Assembly: GCA_035559535.1 (NCBI GenBank)
Contig: DATMBG010000017.1
Span: 124,001-156,374 of the forward strand
Length of the DNA stretch: 32,374 bases
Direction of reading: 5' to 3'
Origin: Candidatus Limnocylindrales bacterium
GTDB lineage: Bacteria > Moduliflexota > Moduliflexia > Moduliflexales > JAUQPW01
In this document: in pieces, positions 17,723 through 26,293 of the stretch
How the letters are laid out: the number at the start of each line of letters is the position of its first letter
How positions within the stretch are numbered: position 1 is the stretch's first letter
Notes under the pieces: model-generated
What the model was told of the DNA's origin: nothing
Database searches by the model: none
What the model saw: only the letters and a program-made list of their open reading frames with translations
Translations under genes and position numbers: made by a program

Positions 17723-20700
17723 TTAACGGATAATCTGATAAGAAGAGCCTATATCTGGAAATTTAGTCACTTCGATTCTTACCGGAAAGGCATTTTTAAG
17801 GGTATCCAGGTGGGTAATGATTAAAATTTTATCGAAATCATCCTGAATGGCCCGGATGGCTTCAATGAGCTGCTCTAATCCTTGAGCATCCTGGGTACTG
17901 AATCCCTCGTCAATAAATAAGGTTCTGAGTTTGGTTCCAGCCCGTTTGGCTAAGAGTTTAGAAAGGGCTATACGCAAAGCAAAGTTGGTTCGGAAACTCT
18001 CTCCCCCGCTATATAACTCCAGATCTCGCGTCCCAAGCTCATCACTGACTTTGATATCCAGTGTTTCTTTGATTCCTCCACTTTTCTTATCTCGGAGAGA
18101 TTCGATGGTGATATGGGCCCGATGATCGGTTAATTGGGATAAAATAGCGTTGGCTTCATCTTCCAACTCTGGAATAGCATTTTCAATGATGAGGGCTTGA
18201 ATTCCATCTTTTCCAAAAGCCGTTGTCAATTTTTCATAAATAAATTGATCTTTACGAGCAGCCTGCCATTGAACCGCAACCTCTTGTCGCTTCTCCTCCA
18301 GTTCAAGACAACGCCGATATTTGCTTTGGAGAACCCCCCGCTCCTCGAGTCTTTGATCCCGGCCCTTTTCCCAGGTTTTTAGCCGATCTTCTTGTACCTG
18401 GATCTCTTCTTCCAACTTCGGAAGCCGCTTGAGATCTTGTTGTAGTTCTTCTATTTTTTGCAGAAGATCCTTCTGGAGGTTTTCTTTTGCCATTCGGGTT
18501 TCTTCAGAACGCTGAAGGGCTTCCCGGACCAGATTGATTTTTTCTTCAGCCTGAACCAACTGATCTCTTTCCCCCAAGGTGGGATAGAGCTTTTGAAGCT
18601 CTTCTTTTATTTTTCTATGGGTTTCTTCCTCATAACCCAAACTCTGAATTTTGGCCTGTAGCTCTCGAAGTTGAATTTGCTCTGATACGGCATAATCGCG
18701 ATTCTGAAGCATCTCCGAGATCTTAGAAATCTCCTCCTGGATCGTTGGAAGCGTCTCATAGAGTTTTTGATGTTGGACACGGGTAGTTTCGAGCCGATCT
18801 TTGTCCAATTCAAAATGGCTCAAATCCTTTACCCTCTGTTTTATGGCCTGATATTCTTCCTTGCTATATCCCAGAGCTTTGATATCTTCTTTAAGGAGCT
18901 TTAAGGCCTGTTGGATTTCAGAGGCATAATTTCCTTTCTGAATCTGGTCTTTTAAACCTTCAATCTTTCCTCCGAGCTCCAGAAGTTTTCCTTTGGATAA
19001 TAAAATTTCTTGATAATCGGCTTCGACCCTGGCCAGATCTTGCTGCACTTTAGGGAGATCCTGCAGTTTTTTCTTCATCTCTTCATACTGTAAGCGAAGT
19101 TTGGCTAGCTCCGCTTCTTCCCTTAGGATCTGCCGTTCCAGTTCTTCTTTTTTACTTTGGGCCTTCGAGAGTTCATCGATTAGCCTGGCCTCTAAAACAG
19201 CTCTTTTACTTTCAGTCAGGTCAGACTCACAAACTGGACATCGGGCCTGCGTGTCCCTTTGCAGGATGGAAAGTTTGCCGGAGAGTTCCGGGATTTTTTC
19301 TTGCACCAAAATGTTTAATTGATTTTTCAGGTTTTCGAGGGATACTTTCAGCTGGTTCCCTCGTTCAACAACTTGTTCTTTATCCTTTTCCAGAGTCTCT
19401 AGGTCGGATTTTAGGGTTTGAAGCTGATCCAGTCGAGTTTTTTGTCGGAATTCTTGGCTGACCTTCCCTCGAAGTTCTTTGGCTTGCTGATTAAGGGCCT
19501 GGATTTCTGCTTGAAGTTGGGTTTTGATGGCTTCGATCTGGTGTTCCAGATCCCACGCTTTTCTCTCCAATTCTTCCAGTCGATTTCGTTTTTCTTCCCA
19601 AATTTCCTCCCTCTTGCGAATCTCTTGTAAGTCTCTATAACCTTGTTCGATTTCCTGGGATTTGTTTAAGATCAATTCTGCTTCTTGAATTCTTGACTGT
19701 ATTTGGGCCAGATTGGTTTCCCATCGCTCTTTACGTTTCTCTAACTCATGTTGGGCCTTTTGAATTGCCTTTTCTAGAATACTTCTTTCGGATTCGAGAT
19801 TTCGTAACTGCTTCCATTTTTCGGTGTAAATTTCTTCCTGGCGGTGCAGTTCCTGATATTTCTGATAATTTTCCAGGATTTCTTCCTTACGCTGAATAAT
19901 CCGTTCGTAGGCTATAACCTGTTCCTGCTGATCCTGGATTTGCTTAACCAGCATCTTCAGATCCGAGTTTATCTGTTGGACTTGGAGATTAAGATCTGTT
20001 AAGTTATGTTTTTTACCGTTCAAGAGATTCTTTTCCTCTTTTAAAGCTTCCAGTTTTTTCGAATTTTCCTCTATTTGCCGGGAAAGGGTCGTAAGGGTTA
20101 ACTCTAGATCTTCTATCTGACTTCGATAAACCTCTTTCTGAGCCAGTTCCCTGTCTATATCCTCCAGGATTTTTTGCTGTTGCTCACAAAATTTTTTAGC
20201 TTCTTCGGCATGGGATTTAGCCAACCTGGCCAGTTCATCATATCTGGATAGGCCCAGGATTTCTGTGAAGATGGCTTTTCGGTCTGTAGCCCCTTTTTGG
20301 ATGAACTCATCGGCTCGCCCTTGAAGGATGAAAGCGGAATTAATGAAAGTATCATAGCTCATTCCCAGGAGTTTTCTGATTTTCTCCTGGGTTTCTCCAA
20401 TTTTACTTCCCCCAATGGGGATAAAATTGCCCGTTGCTTCGTTCAGAAGTTGAAGTTCAAGGATAGGTTTACTTTTTTTTACTTTGCTGAACTTTCGAAT
20501 GACCCGATATCGCGCCCCTTCCAGGTCAAATTCGAATTCTACCTCCATATCGGTAGTTCCCAGGCGAACGAGACCTTCATCGGGCTTTTTCTGTCCAGGA
20601 CCTTTTCGAGCTTCTCCCCAAAGGGCCCAGGTTATGGCATCTAGGAGGGCAGATTTACCGTGACCGTTATTACCCGACAGACAGGCCACATGAAATTCTG

Positions 20701-20770
20701 TGAAATCTAAAGGAGCAACATTTTCACCATAGCTTAAGAAATTTTTAAGGGTCAACTTAACAGGGATCAT
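17723..20770 (-). CDS. sbcC: SbcC/Rad50 SMC-like ATPase
   Basis: Walker A GNNGHGKS, Q-loop ILQG, long coiled coil with central zinc hook CPVC, signature YSGGE, Walker B FIDEGF, H-loop ITH. Confidence 0.95.
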   Translation of the reverse strand: MIPVKLTLKNFLSYGENVAPLDFTEFHVACLSGNNGHGKSALLDAITWALWGEARKGPGQKKPDEGLVRLGTTDMEVEFEFDLEGARYRVIRKFSKVKKSKPILELQLLNEATGNFIPIGGSKIGETQEKIRKLLGMSYDTFINSAFILQGRADEFIQKGATDRKAIFTEILGLSRYDELARLAKSHAEEAKKFCEQQQKILEDIDRELAQKEVYRSQIEDLELTLTTLSRQIEENSKKLEALKEEKNLLNGKKHNLTDLNLQVQQINSDLKMLVKQIQDQQEQVIAYERIIQRKEEILENYQKYQELHRQEEIYTEKWKQLRNLESERSILEKAIQKAQHELEKRKERWETNLAQIQSRIQEAELILNKSQEIEQGYRDLQEIRKREEIWEEKRNRLEELERKAWDLEHQIEAIKTQLQAEIQALNQQAKELRGKVSQEFRQKTRLDQLQTLKSDLETLEKDKEQVVERGNQLKVSLENLKNQLNILVQEKIPELSGKLSILQRDTQARCPVCESDLTESKRAVLEARLIDELSKAQSKKEELERQILREEAELAKLRLQYEEMKKKLQDLPKVQQDLARVEADYQEILLSKGKLLELGGKIEGLKDQIQKGNYASEIQQALKLLKEDIKALGYSKEEYQAIKQRVKDLSHFELDKDRLETTRVQHQKLYETLPTIQEEISKISEMLQNRDYAVSEQIQLRELQAKIQSLGYEEETHRKIKEELQKLYPTLGERDQLVQAEEKINLVREALQRSEETRMAKENLQKDLLQKIEELQQDLKRLPKLEEEIQVQEDRLKTWEKGRDQRLEERGVLQSKYRRCLELEEKRQEVAVQWQAARKDQFIYEKLTTAFGKDGIQALIIENAIPELEDEANAILSQLTDHRAHITIESLRDKKSGGIKETLDIKVSDELGTRDLELYSGGESFRTNFALRIALSKLLAKRAGTKLRTLFIDEGFSTQDAQGLEQLIEAIRAIQDDFDKILIITHLDTLKNAFPVRIEVTKFPDIGSSYQIIR

Positions 20771-20853
20771 TCATTTTTGGTGACACGGCGATACGAAGAT
20801 TCGGGAACAAAGAGATAGCTTATTTATAGTGCTGTGTTCCTGCCCATGTTCCC

Positions 20854-22116
20854 TCATTCTTCGCATCTCTGCGTTTCCGTATCCCTCATAAGCTCCTGCT
20901 CCAATCTGGCGGCATAGCTCTTTAAATCCTCGGCATAGGGTTGTAGGTCTGGATTATTGAAAATATATTTATCCAGAGCTTCCAGCATTCCGAGGCTCTC
21001 CGAGATAGGAATCCGCATGGTTCGTTTGACATTTTCCGTTTTGCGAATAATACCGGCCACCAGAAAGGCCGGTTCTAGGGCAGCCCGGACCCGTTTGAGA
21101 TCCACCAGACTCTCTCGTTCTTCATCAACCGTATAGAAGATCCGAACCACCGCGCCGTTTAGTTTGGGACGGTGTTTATCAATTTCTTGAAGGATATCCT
21201 GGGTGGGATCCTCTTTATTTGTAATATTTACCCCAATGGTTAAGAAAGGTCGGGCACAGGTAGGAAGAAACCGATAGGAAGCCTCTCCCTTTTTTAGGGA
21301 AACCATACAGAAGCCCTTTTCATCAAATTCTTCTCCGAAATCTACCCGATCGATACTTCCCGGATAAACCACAGGTGGATGACCACCGGGATTGAGGTTT
21401 TGGTGCTTGTGAATATGCCCCAGAGCAACGTAATCAAAAGCAGGATTGGCAAGGGCACCGGTCAAGAAAACAGGATCTTTACCGATCATGGCAGATCGCT
21501 CAGAACCGGAATAGGTAGCTTCAGCCGCGGCCAGATGGGCCAAAAGAACCGAAGGAATTTGAGGATCCAGACGTTGGGCATAGAAATCAATGATTCCGGT
21601 ATAACTCTCTTCGATTTTCCTGGTAATTTCTTCATCGGTCAGATGTTTATATTCCTGTCGGGTCAGAAGTACATGTCGGGTTGGCCAGGGAAGACCCAGG
21701 ATCTGCACAGGTCCGCTTCTGGTTTCGACCGTTATAAGCTCCGGACGGGTTATGACCCGATAAAGCTTTTCAGATCCCAGGGTTTTAAAAATATCCAGGG
21801 CAGAAGCTTTTCCATAGGCAGCCGGAATATCATGATTTCCCGTTACCATAACGACGGGAATTCCGGCATCGGCTAACTTCCGGATTTTTGCCGCAAATTC
21901 TCGCTGATGGGTTGGATTAGGATCTGCGGTCCGATAAGCATCTCCTGCGAAAAGAGCCAGATCCACTCCTTCGGCAAGGGCAGTATCAACGGCAAACTCC
22001 AGGCACTTCACAAAATCCCTGAGGCGGGTATGAAGTCCTGTTTCAGGATCAATACGCCCGTAATTTTCCATGCCAATATGAGTATCGGAGATATGTAAAA
22101 CTTTAAGGGGTTTCAT
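20854..22116 (-). CDS. sbcD: SbcD/Mre11 nuclease
   Basis: Phosphoesterase motifs SDTHIG, AGD, GNHD, AHL, LGHIH, YPGS. Adjacent to sbcC. Confidence 0.95.
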   Translation of the reverse strand: MKPLKVLHISDTHIGMENYGRIDPETGLHTRLRDFVKCLEFAVDTALAEGVDLALFAGDAYRTADPNPTHQREFAAKIRKLADAGIPVVMVTGNHDIPAAYGKASALDIFKTLGSEKLYRVITRPELITVETRSGPVQILGLPWPTRHVLLTRQEYKHLTDEEITRKIEESYTGIIDFYAQRLDPQIPSVLLAHLAAAEATYSGSERSAMIGKDPVFLTGALANPAFDYVALGHIHKHQNLNPGGHPPVVYPGSIDRVDFGEEFDEKGFCMVSLKKGEASYRFLPTCARPFLTIGVNITNKEDPTQDILQEIDKHRPKLNGAVVRIFYTVDEERESLVDLKRVRAALEPAFLVAGIIRKTENVKRTMRIPISESLGMLEALDKYIFNNPDLQPYAEDLKSYAARLEQELMRDTETQRCEE

Positions 22117-22505
22117 GCTTATCCCCCCATTCTAAATTATTGGTTAAAGAAAAACCTATTTACCTAAGCAGTTACCTGAACCTTAGGATTCTCCACCGTA
22201 AGCCTGAGATAATCAGGAGCTAACTCTTTACAAAACATATCTATAGAAGTATCGGATTTGATCTTAAAAGTCAACTCTATTTTTATAGAATAGGGAGATC
22301 TCTTTCATGCGAAAATCACCTTAGAATTTCCATGTTTTGGGAGAACCTGGAAGATCATGACTGTTTCTTATAAAAATCGCTTTAGGATTTTCTCGGGAAT
22401 TAATAAAGGTTTTGCTCAAAGGCTAGTCTTGACAAGAGGTCTTGATTGTGTCAAAAATAAGGGCAAGATGACTCTTAATTTCTTTCGTATGGATTGGAAA
22501 TGATA

Positions 22506-22572
22506 GTAACCTGTATAGGCCGATTCCCCGATTCCCTTCCCTTGTAAGGAACGGGGCCGGGAGTTAGGTTGC
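22506..22572. repeat. Decayed CCCTTCCC...GGAA.GGGG palindromic element in the livK leader
   Basis: GTAACCT...AGGTTGC outer pair enclosing CCCTTCCCTTGTAAGGAACGGGGCCGGGAGTTAGG. Same architecture as the GC-rich hairpins at 14480-14575 and 30066-30217. Confidence 0.55.
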
Positions 22573-22626
22573 TTTTTAAAGGGCAAATGGGAAATAGCAC
22601 CCATTTGCGATGAAGAGGAGGGCATT

Positions 22627-23769
22627 ATGAGACCATTTTTATTAAAAGTAGAGATACTCTTAATTAGTCTGTTGACCGTTTTCTTTCTTATCCCTTCAAC
22701 CCTGGCTGCGGATACCCTCAAGATAGGCCTCGCAGGTCCTCTCACCGGAGATCAGGCGTCTTTGGGGGATATGTTAAAAAATGGGGGGACCATAGCCATT
22801 GAAGAATGGAATGAAAGGGGAGGGGTTCTGGGAAAAAAGATTGAGGCTGCTTGGGGAGATGACCAGCATGACCCGAAACAGGCAGTTGCCATAGCCAATA
22901 AGTTTATCAATGAAGGCATCGTTGGCGTCATCGGTCATCTCAATTCCAGTTGTTCCATTCCCGCTTCAACGATTTATGCAAAGGTTCCTATCCCCCAAAT
23001 CACACCTTCTTCCACCAATCCTCAATATACTGAGCAGGGACTGAGAAATGTATTTCGGGTTTGCGGCCGGGATGACCAACAGGGAGCGGTTGCCGCAGAT
23101 TTTATCGTCAATACCCTCAAGAAAACCAAAGTAGCCGTCTTCCATGATAAGACGACTTATGGTCAGGGGTTAGCCGATGAGACGGTCAAGCGGCTAAAAA
23201 AGTTGGGGGTTGAGCCGGTCTTTTACACGGGAATTGTTCAAGGAGATAAAGATTATACCGTGATTCTAACGGCTGCCAAACAGAAAAATCCAGAAGTTCT
23301 TTACTTCGGAGGAATCTATCCCGAGGCGATCCTTTTGGCTAAGCAATCCAAGGATATCGGTTTGAATGTTATTCTTATGGGAGGGGAAGGTTTGCATGTC
23401 CAGGAATTTATCGATGGAGCAGGTCCGGCGGCTGAAGGGACTTACTTCAGCTCTAATCCGGATCCTGAAAGAATTCCAGAAGCCCAACCCTTCATTAAAA
23501 AATTTAGGGAAAAGTTCCCACGAGTCAGAGAAATAGGTGTTTATACCGTTCACAGTTATGTGGCCACCAACATTCTCCTGGAAGCCATTCAGGCCACTCA
23601 GAGTACAGAAGGACAGAAACTGGTAGACTATCTTCATAAGGCCCAATTTAATACTGCGCTGGGCCCAATCCGATTCGATGAAAAAGGCGATGTGTTGGCG
23701 CCTCCTTATGTATTTTGGCAGGTTCAGAATGGGAAATTTGTGCAGGTCCAGGAACTTAAGAAGCCCTAA
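22627..23769 (+). CDS. Orphan branched-chain amino acid ABC substrate-binding protein (LivK/LivJ-like)
   Basis: Signal peptide, KIGLAGPLTG, DDQHDPKQA, GHLNSSCS, FRVCGRDDQQG, DKTTYGQGLA. RBS GAGGAG. Confidence 0.92.
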   Translation: MRPFLLKVEILLISLLTVFFLIPSTLAADTLKIGLAGPLTGDQASLGDMLKNGGTIAIEEWNERGGVLGKKIEAAWGDDQHDPKQAVAIANKFINEGIVGVIGHLNSSCSIPASTIYAKVPIPQITPSSTNPQYTEQGLRNVFRVCGRDDQQGAVAADFIVNTLKKTKVAVFHDKTTYGQGLADETVKRLKKLGVEPVFYTGIVQGDKDYTVILTAAKQKNPEVLYFGGIYPEAILLAKQSKDIGLNVILMGGEGLHVQEFIDGAGPAAEGTYFSSNPDPERIPEAQPFIKKFREKFPRVREIGVYTVHSYVATNILLEAIQATQSTEGQKLVDYLHKAQFNTALGPIRFDEKGDVLAPPYVFWQVQNGKFVQVQELKKP

Positions 23770-23782
23770 AAAATAGGAGCGA

Positions 23783-23836
23783 TAGCGCAAAATGTTATTT
23801 CGCACCGACACATTGTGAGACAGCATTTCGCACTAC
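23783..23836. repeat. REP-doublet-like inverted repeat in the convergent livK/herA gap
   Basis: TAGCGCAAAATGTTATTTCGCA (23783-23804) and TGTGAGACAGCATTTCGCACTA (23814-23835) are 16/22 complementary; all differences are transitions. Ends in CTAC. Confidence 0.6.
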
Positions 23837-23844
23837 AAAGGCTC

Positions 23845-25488
23845 CTAACCAAACAGGGCCTCAATATCTGCTGCAACCTTTTCTTCTCGCTCTTTTTCTG
23901 TGAGGGAACCCATATCTTTATAAAACTGTTCATCATAATCTCGACTACGAATAACCATTGGCATAGGGACGGCATGACCCAGAATCAAAGCCTGTTGTTT
24001 AGAGTCCAGACTGGCCAGAACACTCCGGAGTCCGGCGGGATTACTGACTCCGGTTAAGACGGCTTGAATATCCTTTTCATCGTCAAGAAGTGCGATGATT
24101 TTGGTTCCGATTTGGGAAAGGATTTCATCATCGATTCCAGAAGGGCGTTGATCCACAATCAGCAGAGAAACATAATACTTTCTCAACTCCCTGGCAATGG
24201 TACCAAAAATGGTTTGCTTTGAGGCCCGTGGGTTCAAAAACTTATGGGCTTCTTCAATGGTAATCACCAATTGCTTCGGCTTATCCGCCGGATTTTGTGT
24301 TGCCAGATACTCCTCGGTTCTTTTTACATAAAGTTCATGAATACGACGGGTGATAATGTTGGCTACGAGAAGATAACAGAGCATACTGGATTCTTTTCCG
24401 AACTCCAGGACGATATGAATACCTTTGTCGATATACTCCATGATTTTTTGGATGATATCTTCGCTGGTTTTAGGGATCAGGAATTTAAAGGTGCGGAGCC
24501 TTCGGAGCTTTCGATAAAGGGCTGCCAGGGATTCAGGATGCGTCCTGAGTTCATCGGCCAAAGCCTGGATATCTTCTTCTCCCCGCTCAAGGAGGGTATC
24601 CAGCCAATCATTTTTATAACGAGCCCAAATCGAGTAGGCAGCTTCCATAGCCGTAGGATGTAAACTGAGTTCGTCCTGGAGGGGAATCACATCTTCCACG
24701 GCAATTTGATCGTAGCCGATAAGAACCTCATGATCCGCCTGGACTTTGCGCCGCCGGGAGGAGTCCGGATCCAGGGTAAAGATAGCGACCCGATTCCCAA
24801 AGATCTGTTTAAGCCCTTTGACAAAATCTTGTCTGCTCCCTCCGGTCTCTTTCATGGCTCCCCATCCATATTCGTTATGTGTGTCAAAAATAATATTAAC
24901 CGCCTTTTCATTTTTGATAAGACCACTGAGGACCAGCCGTGTCAGGAAAGTCTTTCCGGTCCCGGTTTTACCGAAGATTCCATTACTCCGCTCCACAAAG
25001 CGATCTAAATTTAAGCAAACGGGAGTATCCATATCCAGAGGCTTCCCAATGTTGAAGTATTTTCGATCCAAGGTTTCCCCTCCAAAGATCCGATTGACAT
25101 CTTCTTCGTCCGCTTCATAAACTAAGGCAAAGTGGATAGGAATGGTTTTAACGGGTTGAGGTGTTGGACTGATTAAATTAGAGTTCTCTACCCGTTCTAA
25201 TGCCAGCATCGGGCGCAGAATTACCGTGGCATAGGTGCTGGTGCCGCTCAGAACCTGACGTAAGAGGGTATTTTCTCGGGAAGGTGGATGGGTAAGAATC
25301 TGGGGATTGGTCACCTCCAGCCGAACATCGGTAATCATCGAAAAAAAGAGATGCTTCTCCCCTTCAATAACGACAAACTTTCCCGCCTTAATATCTTCGA
25401 CACTCCGGTTCGGATTTAACTTCATCTCTATCCCTTCCAGAAGAGAACCTCGGGTGATAATACCTAATTCGCCTGAACGATGATCCAT
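23845..25488 (-). CDS. herA: HerA-family (DUF87) ATPase/translocase with N-terminal HAS barrel
   Basis: Walker A GKTGTGKT, FD.HNEYG, Walker B IEEAH, ARELRKY, VDQRPS. Downstream of nurA. Confidence 0.92.
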   Translation of the reverse strand: MDHRSGELGIITRGSLLEGIEMKLNPNRSVEDIKAGKFVVIEGEKHLFFSMITDVRLEVTNPQILTHPPSRENTLLRQVLSGTSTYATVILRPMLALERVENSNLISPTPQPVKTIPIHFALVYEADEEDVNRIFGGETLDRKYFNIGKPLDMDTPVCLNLDRFVERSNGIFGKTGTGKTFLTRLVLSGLIKNEKAVNIIFDTHNEYGWGAMKETGGSRQDFVKGLKQIFGNRVAIFTLDPDSSRRRKVQADHEVLIGYDQIAVEDVIPLQDELSLHPTAMEAAYSIWARYKNDWLDTLLERGEEDIQALADELRTHPESLAALYRKLRRLRTFKFLIPKTSEDIIQKIMEYIDKGIHIVLEFGKESSMLCYLLVANIITRRIHELYVKRTEEYLATQNPADKPKQLVITIEEAHKFLNPRASKQTIFGTIARELRKYYVSLLIVDQRPSGIDDEILSQIGTKIIALLDDEKDIQAVLTGVSNPAGLRSVLASLDSKQQALILGHAVPMPMVIRSRDYDEQFYKDMGSLTEKEREEKVAADIEALFG

Positions 25489-25492
25489 GTTT

Positions 25493-25627
25493 TAAAAAGT
25501 ATGGGGGTGTGGGGGTATGGAAGTACACCCACACCCCCCCACTTCCCCACTCCCATACTTCCATACTTCCATACTTCCATACTTCCATACTTCCCCACTC
25601 CCATACTCCTATACTCCATACCCTTTA
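25493..25627. repeat. Inverted octamer tandem-repeat element (same family as 4660-4839)
   Basis: Short purine arm AAGTATGGGGGTGTGGGGGTATGGAAGT followed by a long (CCATACTT)n arm to about 25622. Confidence 0.88.
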
Positions 25628-26227
25628 AGGTGCGATTCTTTTCAAAATCGAACTCAGACGATCGTAATCCTCTCGTAAAAGCCGGGATAACTCCTTACCG
25701 ACCTGGATGAGGTATTGAGGGGAATCCTCGGCGTGGGCCTCCAGACTATTTCGGATGGTTGCAATAACCAGCTCATCGGGAGGAACCCGGCTGATTGTAA
25801 AAAGCGTACGAAGGTAATCTGATTGCCGGGTGAATTCTCGGACTTCCTCTAAAGAACAGGTATATACAAAACTATGAATTCGAGGAGGTTGGGAGGGAAG
25901 AATCTGTTTAATTCCCGTCTGGTCCCGATATCCAATCAGGTGAGCTTGAAATTCTGTCTTCAGAAGCTCGAAGATCTGGGGTTGCTCATTACGAAGCTCT
26001 TCCTCTGTTTTCCCGTAGGCTATAGCACGGCGATTGGGCTCAATGCTGTGAGTCATGACATTAAAGACCAATCCGTAAATAAGAAAATTCGCTCCTTCCA
26101 CCGGGTTCGAAGTAGGTTTGACCTTGACAAAAGATCCAAAGGGCGGTGAGCAATGGAGATCCCTACATTGAGCTATCAGTTCGGTCGTGTTACTTTCGAT
26201 AACCTCGGCTATGTGAGCTTCTTTCAT
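25625..26227 (-). CDS. Stand-alone HAS-barrel domain protein (HerA/NurA-associated)
   Basis: IAEVIES.T, PPFGSFVKV, YGLV, QPQIFELL.T.F, LP.QPPRIH..V, DY.RL pattern of the bacterial HAS-barrel proteins. Located between nurA and herA. Confidence 0.8.
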   Translation of the reverse strand: MKEAHIAEVIESNTTELIAQCRDLHCSPPFGSFVKVKPTSNPVEGANFLIYGLVFNVMTHSIEPNRRAIAYGKTEEELRNEQPQIFELLKTEFQAHLIGYRDQTGIKQILPSQPPRIHSFVYTCSLEEVREFTRQSDYLRTLFTISRVPPDELVIATIRNSLEAHAEDSPQYLIQVGKELSRLLREDYDRLSSILKRIAP

Positions 26228-26293
26228 AGGGAGCCGCTGGGAGAGATCAGGAGTCAGTGCCAGAAAATTTTGATTCCGGGCCTCTGGCTCCTG

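Noticed and set aside
17723-22116. Wadjet/Lamassu-type SMC defence system
   Set aside because: The zinc-hook CPVC and adjacent Mre11-type phosphoesterase identify SbcCD. No kleisin, JetD or Lamassu effector is present.
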